A DNA stretch of 64,000 nucleotides from Cetorhinus maximus (Eukaryota). The notes beneath the pieces are model-generated. The model did no database searches and was not told the DNA's origin. It saw nothing but the letters and a program-made list of their open reading frames with translations. Each line of letters begins with the position of its first letter. The first letter of the stretch is position 1. The stretch spans positions 34,038,001 through 34,102,000 of the forward strand of contig NC_135889.1 in the NCBI RefSeq assembly GCF_964194155.1, given 5' to 3'. Shown here in pieces: positions 52,030 through 64,000 of this stretch. The position numbers and the translations under genes were made by a program.

Positions 52030-52880
52030 GTTTTTTTGTTGGGAGATGAACAGAAACGCTTTGGTTTTACTCATTTTGAGTTGTAGAATTCTGACTCACT
52101 GATGTATATTAATGGCCAGGACTTTGTTAAAGGAGGTATAGCGTCAAAATTTGCACATGGCAGAAAACTTGGAAATATAATGAACTGAGAAGAAGATAAT
52201 AACAAATGGTAGCAGTCATGAGGTGGTTGTGGCAGGCTTTTGAAATATGCAGCCAGATAATTATGCCCCAATTCTGGGTACTGTGCTTCAGGAAGAATAT
52301 CAAAGTCTTTGAGAGGGTGAAGAGGGGATTTGTCAAAATTGTACCAGAGATGTGGGAACTGACAGACTAAAGAAACTAAGAGATAAAAACAAAAAGCTAA
52401 AAGCTGCCGAAGGGCCGTGAAGGCTCGAAACGTTAGCTGATTTCTTCTCCACCGATGCTGCCAGACCTGCTGAGTTTTTCCAGGTAATTCTGTTTTTGTG
52501 TTGTAAAGAAACTAAGGTTGTTTTCCTTGGAGTAGAGAAGGTTATGGGAGGTGAAGATATAATTGAAATGTTCAAATTATGAGGAGTTTTGGTAAGAGTA
52601 GATGGGGAGAAGTGTTTCCACTGGCAGGGGAGTCAGTAACCAGATGTCATAGATTTAAGATAATTAGCAAAAAACAAAAGAAAATATGTTTAGTGAGTTC
52701 TGATCTGGAGTTTATTATCTGATAGGTTGATAGAAGCAGTTTCAATTGTAACTTTCAAAAGGGAATTGAATATATACTTGAAAAGGCAAAGTGTGCAGGG
52801 CTATGGGAATAGAGCAGGGAGTAAGACCAAATGAATAGCAGTTTCAAAGAGCTGGACAAATTGTGATTAGCAAAATAATC
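52030..52880 (+). mobile_element. CR1 3' fragment containing a Penelope tail insertion (52381-52503)
   Basis: CR1 motifs (caattctgggtactgtgcttcaggaagaat); insert flanked by 13-bp TSD TAAAGAAACTAAG at 52368-52380 and 52504-52516. Confidence 0.8.
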
Positions 52881-52934
52881 TCCTGTGCAGTTTGATTCTA
52901 TGAATTGACTTAGTTATTTGCAAAGTTATTTATT

Positions 52935-53345
52935 CATTAATGGGATGTAGGCATCACAAGGCCAGCATTATTGTCCATCCCTAATTGTCCTTGAAAAGGT
53001 GGTGGTGATCCATCATCTTAAACCTCTGTAATCCAGGTGGTAAAGGTATGCTTCCAGTGCTGTGAAGTAGGGAGTTCCAGGATTCTGACCTAGTGACGTT
53101 GAAGGGACAGTGATATATTTCCAAATCAGGATGATTTGTAACTTGGAAAGGAATACTCTATGCAGATGGTGGTGTTTCTAGGCGCTTGCTGCCCTTGTCT
53201 TTCTAAGCGGTAGAGGTCAGGAATTTTGGACGGACAGTTGTAGAAATCTCGGCAAGTTGCTGCAATGCATCCTGTAGATGGTAGACTCTGTAACTATGGT
53301 GGTGGAGGTGCTGGATGGGGCTCCAATTAAAGTAGCTGCTTTGTC
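52935..53345 (-). mobile_element. LINE family B 3' end
   Basis: gggatgtaggcatcacaaggccagcattattgtccatccctaattgtccttgaaaaggtggtggtga. Confidence 0.8.
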
Positions 53346-55530
53346 AACAACCACAAACATGTGCCTTTAACATACTAATTATCCCAAGGTGCTTCACAGG
53401 AGTGTTATAAAGCAAAATTTGACACTGAGCCATACAAGGTGATACTAGGGCAAATGGCTTTGGTCAAAGAAGTTATTTTAAGGAGCGTCTTAAAGGAGCA
53501 AAGAGAGCTGGAGAAGTTTAGGGAGGGAACTTCACAGTTTGGGGCTTGGCAGCTGAAGGCACAACCACCAGTGGCAAGAGGCTAAAGTTAGAAGAGTGCA
53601 GATATCTCAAAGTGTTGTGGGGATGGAGAGATTGCAGAGATGGGGAGGAGGAAGCCATGGAGCGATTTGAAAACAAGAATGAGAATTTTAAAATCTTTGG
53701 AGTTGCTTGACCAGGAGTCAGTGTAGGTTACCGAGTACAGGGGTTTTGAGTCAGTAGGACTAGTGCGAGTAAGGACATGGGCAAGAGTTTTCAATGCTTC
53801 AAGGACACTCTTGAAGGAATCCCCAGCCCAAAACTGACCGAAATGGAGTGAAAGCATCTGGGAAGGAGCTGAACACCTCGAGTCTCATTGCCAAGGGCTA
53901 GGTGAAGTCAAGCGTCAACAGCAAAAGGAGTGCATGGCAACCTGGGCACCCCACCCACCCGTTCCCCCTACCACCGTCTGCCTCACCTATGACAGAGACT
54001 GTAGGTCGCGCATTGGACTCTTCAGTCACATGAGAACTCATTTTTAGTGTGGAAGCAAGTCATCCTCGACCCTGAGGGACTGACTAAGAAGAGTTTTGGA
54101 TGACCTCGGGTTTACGGAGAATAGAAGTGGCGGCCAGCCAGAAGAGTGTTGGAACAGTCAAGTCTAGAGGTTACGAATGCATGCTTGAAGGTTTCAGCAG
54201 CGGATAAGCTGAAATGATCAGAATTGGACATGTCACAGAGGTGGAACTAGGTGGCCTTTAGTGTCAGCTCGAACATTTGGTTGGAAGTTCATCTCTGGGT
54301 CAAATATGCCAGCAAGATTGCCAATTGTTTCAACCTCAGACAGTTGCCAAGGAGAGGTTTGGAGTTGATGGTGGGGAGCAAATGGCTTCAGTCTTTCTAC
54401 TGTTTAGTTAGAGGAAATTTCTGCTCATCTTATACTGGATGTTGAATAAGTAGTCTGATAACTTAGCAACAGCGGAGGAGTCAAAAAGGTGTTGGTGAGG
54501 TAGAGGTGGATGTTGTCAGAACACGTGTGAAGGCTTACACTGCTATGCTGCATTTTCTGATGTCGCCGAGGAGCAGCATGCAGTTTAAAAAAAGATCAAG
54601 GATAGATACTTAGGGGATTCGAGAGGTAACGGTGCAGGTGAGGGAAGAAGGATTCCAAGTTATTTTCTGGCTACAGTTAGATCAGAATGATCAGAGTACA
54701 GTTCCACGCAGCTGGACGACGGTAGGGAGGCTTTGGAGGTGCATGGTGTGGTCGGCCATGTCAAAGATTGCAGACAGGTCGACAAGGATGTGAAGGGATA
54801 GTTCACCATTGACATAGTCACGTAGTATGATATCTGATACTTTGATAAGAGCAGTTTTAATACTGTGACAAGGGTGGTGACCTGAATGGAGGAATTCAAA
54901 CATGGAGCTCTGGGCAAGATGGGCAAGGATTTGGGACGTGGCAACATGTTTGAAGATTTTGGAATGAAAGGGAGGTTGGAAATAGGGTGGTAGTTTGCAA
55001 GGATCGTGAGCGCGGTAGTTTGCAATGATGGTGGGGTCAAGGGTTGGATTTTTGAGATGAGGGGTGATGGCAAATTTAAAGGAAGGAGGGACAGAACCTG
55101 AAGAAAGAAAACAGTTAACAACGTCAGCTAACATGGTGGCTGGGAAAGGAAATTGGTAGTTAGCTGTTTTGTGGGAATAGGATCAAGAGAGAGAAAGTGG
55201 ATCTCATGGACAAGATGAGCTTGGAGAGGGCATGTGGGGAGATAAGATAGAAACTAGGGAAAGATGCAAGATCAGGGCTAGGCAGGAGGGAACATTAGAG
55301 GAGGTTTGGCCCTGTTGGCCATTGGAAAGGAGGGAAACAGCAGAGGCAGCTAATTGGATGGTCTCAAGCTTAGCGATGAAGAAGTCCATGAACTCCTTGC
55401 ACATTGTTGGAGGTGAGAATGGAGGAGACAGGGAGAGGGGTTTAAGACGACAGTTTTCAGCAGAAAAAAGAAGCTTGGGTTTACCTATGCAATCCAGGGT
55501 GATCCTGGAATAATGAGTAGTCCAGGATGG
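53345..55530 (-). mobile_element. L2 LINE fragment
   Basis: MLADVVNCFLSSGSVPPSFKFAITPHLKNPTLDP..ANYHPISNLPF..TALIKVSDIIL..LVDLSAIFDMADH. Confidence 0.88.
53792..54088 (+). mobile_element. RTE LINE 3' end inserted in L2
   Basis: CRSRIGLFSHMRTH motif, taagaag tail, TSD AAGAGTTTT at 53783-53791 and 54089-54097. Confidence 0.85.
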
Positions 55531-55899
55531 TCTAGAATTACTTGATACAAAAGCAAAATACTACAGAAGCTGGAAATTTAAAATGGAAAGTGGAAATACT
55601 CAGGTCAGGCAACATCTGTAGCGAGAAAAAGCCTCTGCTGTTTCCTTCCTCTTCAATAGCCCACCAGACCAAACTTCCTCTAACATTCCCTCCTGCCCTA
55701 GCCCTGTACTTGTATTTTTCCCTAATTTTTCTCCTATCTCCCCTCATGCCATCTCCAAGCTCATCTTGTCCGAGACCCACTTTCTCTCCCTCAACCCTAT
55801 TCCCACTGATGTTTCAGGATTGAAATGTTAAATGTGTTTCTCTCCACAGACGTTGCATGACCTGCTGAGTATTTCCAGAAGTTTTTGTTTTCATATTAG

Positions 55900-57557
55900 A
55901 GCTTCTTGATGCTGTTGGAGCTACACTCATGCAGGAGAGCATAAAGCATTCCATCACATTCCTGACTTGTGCCTTAAAAATTGTGGAACTGGTTTTGGGG
56001 AATTGAGAGGTATTTTTTGTTTGTTCATGGAATATGAACGTCGCTGGCAAGGTCTGTCCCTAATTGCCTTGAAAAAGTGGTAGTGAGTCAATTATCTCTT
56101 GAACTGCTGCAGTTCATATGATGTAGGTACATCCACAATGCTGTTAGGAAGGGAGTTCCAAGATTTTGACTCAGCAACTGTTAAGGGACATAGATATATT
56201 TTCAAGTCAGGATGGCATGTGAATTGGAAGGGGAAATTGCAGGATGTTATGTTCCAATGTGTCTGGTGCTCTTGTTCTAGGTGGTAGAGGTTGCAGCTTT
56301 GGAATGTGCTGTTGAAGATGTCTTGGAAAGCTGCTGCAGTGCATCTTGTAGATGATGTACACAATGCATCAGTGGTATAGAGAGTTAATTTTTAAAATGG
56401 TGAATGGGGTGACAACTAAGTGGACTGCTTTGTCCTGAATGGTGTTGATCATCTTGTGTGTTGTTAGAACTGCACTCATCAGGGAAGTGAGAATGTTCCA
56501 TCACACACCTGACTTGCATTTTGTAGATGGTGGACAGGCTTGGCGGAGTCAGAAGGTGAGTTACTCACTACAGAATTCTTCCCCTCTGACCTGTTAATGT
56601 AGCCACTGTATTTATGTGGCAGGTCTAATTGATTTTCAGGACAATGGTGGCCCCCCCAGAGCATTGGTGGTAAGGGACTGGCAATGGAATGACAGTGAAT
56701 GTCAAGGGGAGATGTTTGGACTCTCTTGTTGGAGATGGTCATTGCCTGGCACTTGTGTGGCGTGAATGATGCTTTCCACTTGTCAGATCAAATCTGAATG
56801 TTGACCTTGTCTTGCTGTATGCACAGACTGTTTCATTATCTGTAGAGTTGTGAATGGAACTGAACAGTACAATCGTGATTTAGCATTCCCACTTCTGATC
56901 TTATGATGGAAGAAAGGTAATTGATGAAGCAGATGAAGATGGTTGGGCCTAGGACACAAGAACTCTTGAAGCGATGTCCTGCAGGTGAGATAATTGGCCT
57001 GCAATAACCACAACCATCTTCTTTTGTGCCAGGCCATTGGAGAGTTTTCCTTCTGATTTCCGTTGATACAGTTTTATTAGGGCTCCTTGGTGCTGACATC
57101 AGTCAAATACTTTTTGATAACAAGAAGTCACACTCACTTTGCCTTGCCTCTGGAAGTCAGCTCTTTACAACCTTGGTCCAAATATAGATAATGAAGCATG
57201 GAGCTGAGTGGTCCTGATGGAACCCAAAATGAGCATGGTAAGGAAGTGCTATGGAATAAGACTGTTGATGACACCTTCCATCACTTTGACGACTGAGTAG
57301 ACTTCTGGGGGTGTTGGTGGTGTAATTGGCCAATTTGGGTTGCTTTTCATGTTCAGGACATACCTGGGCAATTTTTCACTTTGCGCAAATGCCAGTATAT
57401 GTAGACGTACATGGAATCGCTTAGTTAGAAGAACGGCTACTTGTAGAGCACCAGTCTTCAACACAGCTGGGATGTCATGGCCCATAGTCTCTGCCATATC
57501 CAGTGCATTTAGCTGTTTTTTAATCATGTGGAGTTAATTTAATTGTCTGATGACTGG
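55900..57557 (-). mobile_element. LINE family B, 3' portion (continues at 63118-64000)
   Basis: KQLNALDMAETMGHDIPAVLKT, VLGPTIFICFINYL; colinear with 33770-36690. Confidence 0.85.
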
Positions 57558-58155
57558 GTGCTTGAGAAAGCTGGTATTAAGAGGAACTTGTTTGAGACAG
57601 TGATATCAAGGAAGCTGAAATATTTTGGACATGTGATGTGAACATGAGGGGAGCGTTTGAAAAAAGAGGTAATGTAAGGCTAAACACCTGGGACAGAATT
57701 TTACGTCCTGTGGGCAGGCGCACGCCTGACCCGACTGGGAGTAAAATAGTGCGTGATGACATAGGGCGAGTGTCCTGCCCTAAAGAGTCTAATTGATAGC
57801 GATTTTTCCTTGCCCATGAGATTTCCAGCTTGTCACATGGGCCAGCCGACATTTTCACAAACCTCATCCAAGGGCAAGATAAAAAGGGTCAGCAGCATTG
57901 CCAGTGTGAGTAGTGAGGTGTTTTGGAGAGAGTTTGCTGCTGGTTGCTTATTGGTACTTGGCAGACTTATCTCTGTTCAGGGCTTCATTCTTAGCATTTC
58001 CAGGCTTCATTTCAGGACTCATTGCTGTCTGCAAGGCCCTCGGAGGATTCAGACTGTGGACCCTTCCAGATATCAGACAGCTTACCCTGGTAATGGGGAT
58101 TGTGGTCTCTGCTGGAGGCACCTCCTCTGAGGAGAGGGAGAGGAGGCTCCAATAA

Positions 58156-60660
58156 AACATAAGACATAGGAGCAGAAATTAGGCCATTTGGCCCATCGAG
58201 TCTGCTCCACCATTCAATCATGGCTGATAAGTTTCTCAACCCCATTCTCCTGCCTTCTCCCCGTAACCTTTGATCCCCTTACCAATCAAGAACCCATCTA
58301 TCTCGGTTTTAAATACACTCAATGACCTGGCCTCCACAGCCTTCTGTGGCAATGAATTCCATAGATTCACCACTCTCTGGCTAAAGAAGTTTCTCCTCAT
58401 CTCTGTTCTAAAAGGTCTTCCCTTTACTCTGAGGCTGTGCCCTTGGGTCGTAGTCTCTCCTACTAATGGAAACATCTTCCCCACATCCACTCTAACCAGG
58501 CCTTTCAGTATTCTGTAAGTTTCAATCAGATCCCCCCTCATCATTTTAAACTCCATCGAGTATAGACCCAGAGTCCTCAAACGTTCCTCATATGTTAAGC
58601 CTTTCGTACCTGGGATCGTTCTCATGAACCTCCTCTGGACCCTCTCCAGGGCTAGAACATCCTTCCTGAGATACGGGGCCCAAAATTGCTCACAATATTC
58701 TAAATGTGGTCTGACCAGAGCCTTATAAAGCCTCAGCAGCACATCCCTGCTTTTATATTCTAGTCCTCTCGAAATAAATGCCAACATTGCATTTGCCTTC
58801 CTAACTACCGACTCAACCTGCAAGTTAACCTTAAGAGAATCCTGGACTAGGACTCCCTTTACACTCCAGATTTCCGAATTCTCTCCCCATTTAGAAAATA
58901 GTCTATGCCTCTATTCTTCCTACCAAAGTGCATGACATCACACTTCCCCACGTTGTATTCCATCTGCCACTTCTTTGCCCATTCTCCTAACCTGTCCAAA
59001 TCCTTCTGCAGCCTCCCCGCCGCCTCAATACTACCTGTCCCTCCACCTATCTTTGTATCATCTGCAAACTTAGCCAGCATGCCCTCAGTTCCTTCATCTA
59101 GATCATTAATGTATAAAGTGAAAAGTTGTGGTCCTAACACTGACCCCTGCGGAACGCCACTAGTCACCGGCCGCCATCCTGAGAAGGACCCCCTTATCCC
59201 CACTCTCTGCCTCCTGCCAGACAGCCAATCTTCTATCCATGCTAGTACCTTGCCTCTAACACCATGTGCTCTTATCCTACTGAGCAGCCTCCTGTGCGGC
59301 ACCTTGTCAAAGGCCTTCTGGAAGTCCAAGTAGATAACATCCATTGGCTCTCCTTTGTCTAACCTACTCTTTACCTCCTCAAAGAATTCTAACAGATTTG
59401 TCAGGCATGACCTCCCCTTGATGAAACCATGCTGACTTTGCCCTATTTTACCATGCACTTCCAAGTATTCTGAAATCTCATCCTTAATAACGGACTCTAA
59501 AATCTTACCAACGACCGAGGTCAGACTAATTGGCCTGTAATTTTCCGTCTTTTGCCTCACTCCCTTCTTAAACAGGGGGGGTTACATTATTGATTTTCCA
59601 GTCCTCTGAGACCCTCCCTGACTCGAGTGATTCCTGAAAGATCACCACTAACGCCTCCACTATCTCTTCAGCTACCTCCTTCAGAACTCTGGGGTGTAAT
59701 CCATCTGGTCCAGGTGATTTATCCACCTTCAGACCTTTCAGTTTTCCTAGCACCTTCTCTTTGGTAATGGCCACCATACTCACCTCTGCCCCCCGACTCT
59801 CTTGAACTTTGGGGATGTTACTCATATCTTCCACCGTGAAGACTGACGCAAAGTACCTATTCAGTTCCTCCGCCATTTCTTTGTTCCCCACTACTACTTC
59901 TCCAGCGTCATTTTCCAGCGGCCCAATGTCTACTTTTGCCTCTCTTTTACCCTTTATATATCTAAAAAAACTCTTGCAATCTTCTTTTATATTACTGGCT
60001 AGTTTACCCTCATATTTAATCTTCTCCCTCCTTATTTCTTTTTTAGTTGTCCTCTGTTGGTCTTTGTAGGCTTCCTAATCCCCTGCTCTTTGCCGCATTG
60101 TATGCTTTCTCTTTAGTTTTTATGCTGTCCCTGACTTCCCTTGTCAGCCATGGTTGCCTCGTCCTCCCTTTAGTATGCTTCTTCTTCCTAGGGATGAATT
60201 TTTGCTGTGTCTCCCAAATTACTCCCAGAAACTCCTGCCATTGCTGTTCCACTGTCTTTCCTGCTAGGCTCATCTCCCAGTCAATTCTGGCCAGCTCCTC
60301 CCTCATGCCTCTGTAGTTGCCTTTATTCAACTGTAATACCGTTACATCTGATTCCAGCTTTTTCCTCTCAAATTGCAGGGTAAATTCTATCATCTTATGG
60401 TCACTTCCTCCTAAGGGTTCCTTCACCTTAAGCTCCCTTATCAAATCTGCCTCATTACACATCACTAAATCTAGAATTGCCTGTTCCCTAGTGGGCTCCA
60501 CCACAAGCTGCTCCAAAAAGCCATCTCGTAGACATTCCACAAATTCCTTTTCTTGGGATCCACTACCAACCTGATTTTCCCAGTCTACCTGCATATTGAA
60601 ATCCCCCAAGGTCACTGTAACCTTGCCTTTCTTACACACCTTTTCTACCTCCTGGTGTAA
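58156..60660 (-). mobile_element. Young CR1 LINE, 5'-truncated, inside the Harbinger
   Basis: Long ORFs with LGDFN/GGSDH (APE), DKSPGPDGLHPRVLKE, YLDFQKAFDKVPH, GVPQGSVLGP, KFADDTK, LVRPHLEYC; (TCTTATG)-type tail. Confidence 0.97.
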
Positions 60661-60833
60661 GGTGAAGCGTACACAGGCCATGACGACAAAGGCAAAATTT
60701 ATCTCATTGTGACAATTCCAAACTATTTACATAAACTTCTCCCTGGTCTTCATTCCCAAACCAGTACAGATAAAGTAAACATAAATGGACATAAAATCAC
60801 CCATGACCTGCCCCTCTTGTGCTCATGGTGCCT

Positions 60834-62780
60834 TTAACTTATGCTTGTGAGTGCTATATCTAGGTGCTCCCCCCTCATTGGCACTGGCACTGGAGACACC
60901 CTGCTGTCTTGTTGGCCTTGATGACCATGGCGGTCGTCCTCTGGCCAGTGGAACCTGTGCTGGCCCCATTGGGAGGGAGCAGCCAGTGCCATGGCTGGCA
61001 CCTCTCCAGTCGCCACAGCCTCATCAGATGTCACGGTCACTGGCAGAGGGGCAGAGGAGCTGCTGCCATCATCCAGAGTGCCCTGAAAGGAGCCCACAGA
61101 GACGACAGGCAGCTTGTGCACCAACGTGAGGTCGCTCTGGACTTCGCTGCACACCACTGATGGACGGGCACCTAGCTGGGATACTGGGTGCCTCATTCAT
61201 CTCCCACACTGGTACTGACCACCTGAGGTCAGTGCCTGTGTGATGGCTTGCAGGTCTGAGTGCAACCCCAGGAACCCCTGATTCTGTCTCTGGAGCTGCC
61301 TCTCCATGAGACTTGTCACTCTCGATGGAGGAGGCAGTGCATTCGACCATGACGGTCAACGCAGTGCTCATGCACTGTGTGGACTCCTCCACAGCAGAGA
61401 CCATGGCATGCATACCCTCATGGATCTCCAGCAGATCCCCTCTCATTGGACATCCAGCATCTGCCACCTAATGGATGACTCCAGAGGCTCATCATCAGCC
61501 TTTGACTGAGCATTGTCCTGGTCCCCAGCAGTCCTCTGACTGCTGGCGCCCTGGGCACTCTCTACCTCCGCCTGCACCTCAAGCGATTGTGAAGTGCCCT
61601 CACTAATGTGCACCAAGGTACTAGCCACTGCTCTAATGCCCACCGAGGTGCTGGTATCTGCGCTGGTGCCTGCTTCAGAGAGGGGGTGTGATGCATGTGC
61701 AAATGACGCCCGGTGGTCCTCCAGTGTCAGTGGTTGCCCTTCGGGGTCCGGAGAGCAAACGCCTGCTGGTGAACTTAAAAGGGAGAACAAGGACATGTCA
61801 TTAGTTAAAGTCATCACACTGTCACTGAGCATGCCAAGTACCCTGGTGAGACAACGGAGATCTGCATCACGGTGCCACCATCTTCCAATGATCAATGGGG
61901 ACTCCAGGTTCAAGGCTCACGTCAATGAAGAGACTATACTAGAATGGCTGCACAAGCTGAAAGTCTCACCTCTGTGCACTGCACTCTTACCTTCGTCTGG
62001 CACACCCACCTCTCCATGCACGGTTGCACGTGGGGCGTGATGACCTCGAGCTCCAGGGCGTCTTGCTCGTATCTCGAGAGGATTAGGAGGCTAGCAGGGC
62101 TTCCACTGGTCCACGACCTTTCTATTTTGTTGTGGGCCGTCTTCTCCTGAAACAACACAGCAGCATTGATTAGTCCACTCTGTACCTGCAGTGCCATTGG
62201 AGCCTGGCCAACCCCAGCTGAGGAGCACCTGACAGGGCACTTCCAAGTTGTGGCCCCCGAGCCGCAAGGCACTCAATCCAAGCAGCCAGGACTCACCCCC
62301 TTGGCTAGCTCTGGCATGATCGACAGTTGGCACTCAAACTCTAGCACCCCTGAGGTCCAAGGGGGGATGGCCAGACCTTAACATGCCTGCACACTGACCC
62401 ACGCCAACACGATACTTGCCCTTCCTGAGCTCAGCAGGTCATTGAAGCGCTTACAGCACTGCACCCATGTGTGACGCACCACATCATGACTGCTCACCAT
62501 TGCTGCCACCTCCTTCCATGCCCTCTTGGTGGGGTGCGGTGGCTGCCTCCTCCCTGGGGTCAAGGGTGTCGCTCCTGGCAGCCACCTCCTCCAGGAGGAC
62601 AGTGAGGCAATCATCAGAAAAGCCAGGGGGCCAAGTGCCCACCTGACCTGCCTTGTCCAGCCGCACTCTGGTCCGTCGTGAAGATTCAGGGGATGTCCTC
62701 TGTGGCAGCCTTCCAGGGGCTGCCTGGGCCGTGCTTAAACCGGCTGCCGGGTTGCCATTGGGTCTGGTGGTTGACAGGCC
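60834..62780 (-). pseudogene. Harbinger Myb/SANT-like DNA-binding gene, about 3 exons, frameshifted
   Basis: FSDDCLTVLLEEV..TKRAWKEVAAMVSSHDVVRHTWVQCCKRFNDLL (Myb-like); tttcag|EKTAHNKIERSWTSGS; donor GAAG|GTAAGA near 61990; acceptor cttttaag near 61775. Confidence 0.8.
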
Positions 62781-63117
62781 CCCGCCCTCACTGGCCTTCC
62801 CGGCCAGTGCGGAGCCACATTTCATGCTGGGCGGGCCTTAATTGGCCCTCCAGCGTGAAATTGCGGTTGGAGCCCGATTGCAGGCAGCAGTCCATTTCAC
62901 AGCCGTTCCCGGGCCCGCCTGCCGTACCTACCTGGCGAGGGAAGAATCATGTCCTTGGGAAACATGCAAAAGGAAGACCCAAGATGGCATGAATGTATAA
63001 TATCAGAATGTCCCCTCTATTCACAAGCAGTGAGGCAGTGGAGAATAGAAATCAGTGGAAAAGATTCTACATTGTGTGGTCAACCTTTGGGATGAGAATG
63101 GATGAAAGACAGGACAA

Positions 63118-64000
63118 GATGACTGGCATCTTGATGCTGGGCAACTTGGGAGGAGGCCAAGGTTGATGATCATCTTGGCGCTTATAGATGATGATGGTTG
63201 CAAAACCTTCAGCCTTGTCTTTTGCACATGCATGCAGGTCTATGCCATCATTGAAGATTAGGATGTTCATGGAGGCTATTCCTCCCATTAGTTATTTAAT
63301 TGTCTAACAGCATTCACAATCAAACATGGCAAGACTGCAGAGCTTTGATCTGATCCCATGTTTGTGTAATCGCTTTGTCTTTAGTATGCTGCTTCCACTG
63401 TTTAGCATGCATGTCTTCTTGGACATTGGCCCCTCATTTTTAGTTATGCCAGCTGCTTTTCTTAATGCTCTATTACACTCATTGAACCAGGATTGGTCGC
63501 CTGGCTTGATGGTAATGGTGGAGTGAGGGATATGCAGGTTATGAGTTTACAGATTATGGGGGTATGTAATTCTAATGGATCACAGCACCTCACAGATTCC
63601 CAGTTTTAAGCTGCTAGATATATCTCATTTAGTATGGTGGTGGTGACACAACGTGGTCCTCGGTGTTACAATGGGACTTTTTCTTCACATGGACTGTCTG
63701 GTTGCACACCTGCCAATATTGTCATGGACTGCTGCATCTGTGGCTGGTGAGGAAGAGGTCAAGTGGGTTTTTTTTTTACCCTTCATGTTGGTTCTGTTAC
63801 CATCAGCCACAGGTCTGGTCTGGCAGTTAGGTTACTAACTGGGCCACTCATGGTGGTGGACATCGAAGTCTCCCAGTCAGAGTACATTCTGTATCCTTGC
63901 TTTCCTCAGTGCTTCTTCCAAGTCAAGTTCAACATGGAGGGGTACTGATTCATAAGCTGGGGATTCAGTTGGCACTAATTCATAGGATGTGAAGTCGATC
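63118..64000 (-). mobile_element. LINE family B, upstream continuation
   Basis: KDKAEGFAT and KPGDQSWFNEC correspond to 34100-34500 of the plus-strand copy. Confidence 0.8.

Larger units (their letters stand above)
57691..62954. mobile_element. PIF/Harbinger DNA transposon, defective
   Basis: Imperfect TIRs GGACAGAATTTTAC / GAAGAATCATGTCC; 3-bp TSD CTG/TTG; carries a Myb/SANT-like gene on the minus strand. Confidence 0.8.
57558..63117 (+). mobile_element. RTE/BovB-type 3' fragment (57558-57690 + 62958-63117) split by a Harbinger element
   Basis: RKLKYFGHV..EKEVM..TPG|KHAKGRPKMA..ENRNQW rejoins across the insertion; TSD GATGACTGG at 57549-57557 and 63118-63126. Confidence 0.75.

Noticed and set aside
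60834-62780. Domesticated host MSANTD/NAIF1-like gene
   Set aside because: Frameshifted, first donor reads GC, and it is enclosed by TIRs and a TSD within nested repeats.
50692-64000. DNAJB11 exon 8 (HP.FERRGDDLY...)
   Set aside because: Not found; the region is almost wholly repeats, so the gene presumably continues past the window rather than being truncated.

Overview
Eukaryotic vertebrate DNA, about half transposon-derived; the repeat families and gene sequences point to a cartilaginous fish (inference). The window holds the conserved crystallin-gamma / TBCCD1 / DNAJB11 block. A gamma-crystallin first exon (M-G-K) with its TATA promoter lies on the minus strand near 1.7 kb. A complete six-coding-exon TBCCD1 (minus, 5959-19105, 555 aa) follows, then head-to-head DNAJB11/ERdj3 (plus, exons 1-7, 26573-50691; remaining exons not seen in the window). 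The introns hold CR1, L2, RTE, Tx1 and Penelope retroelements, Deu-domain and other tRNA-SINEs, a Harbinger transposon and MITEs. Five observations stand out: (1) Penelope terminal repeats carrying minimal hammerhead-ribozyme motifs, with stem-II covariation and a subfamily-specific core variant; (2) a processed HOATZ retrocopy with poly(A) and a 15-bp TSD inside a LINE; (3) a ~265-bp-arm inverted repeat upstream of the crystallin promoter; (4) a four-level nested insertion, LINE > RTE > Harbinger > CR1; (5) a Tx1 fragment inserted into a Penelope tail. Gene identities come from recalled protein similarity plus splice/phase consistency; no database search was run. Repeat boundaries are approximate unless a TSD is given.
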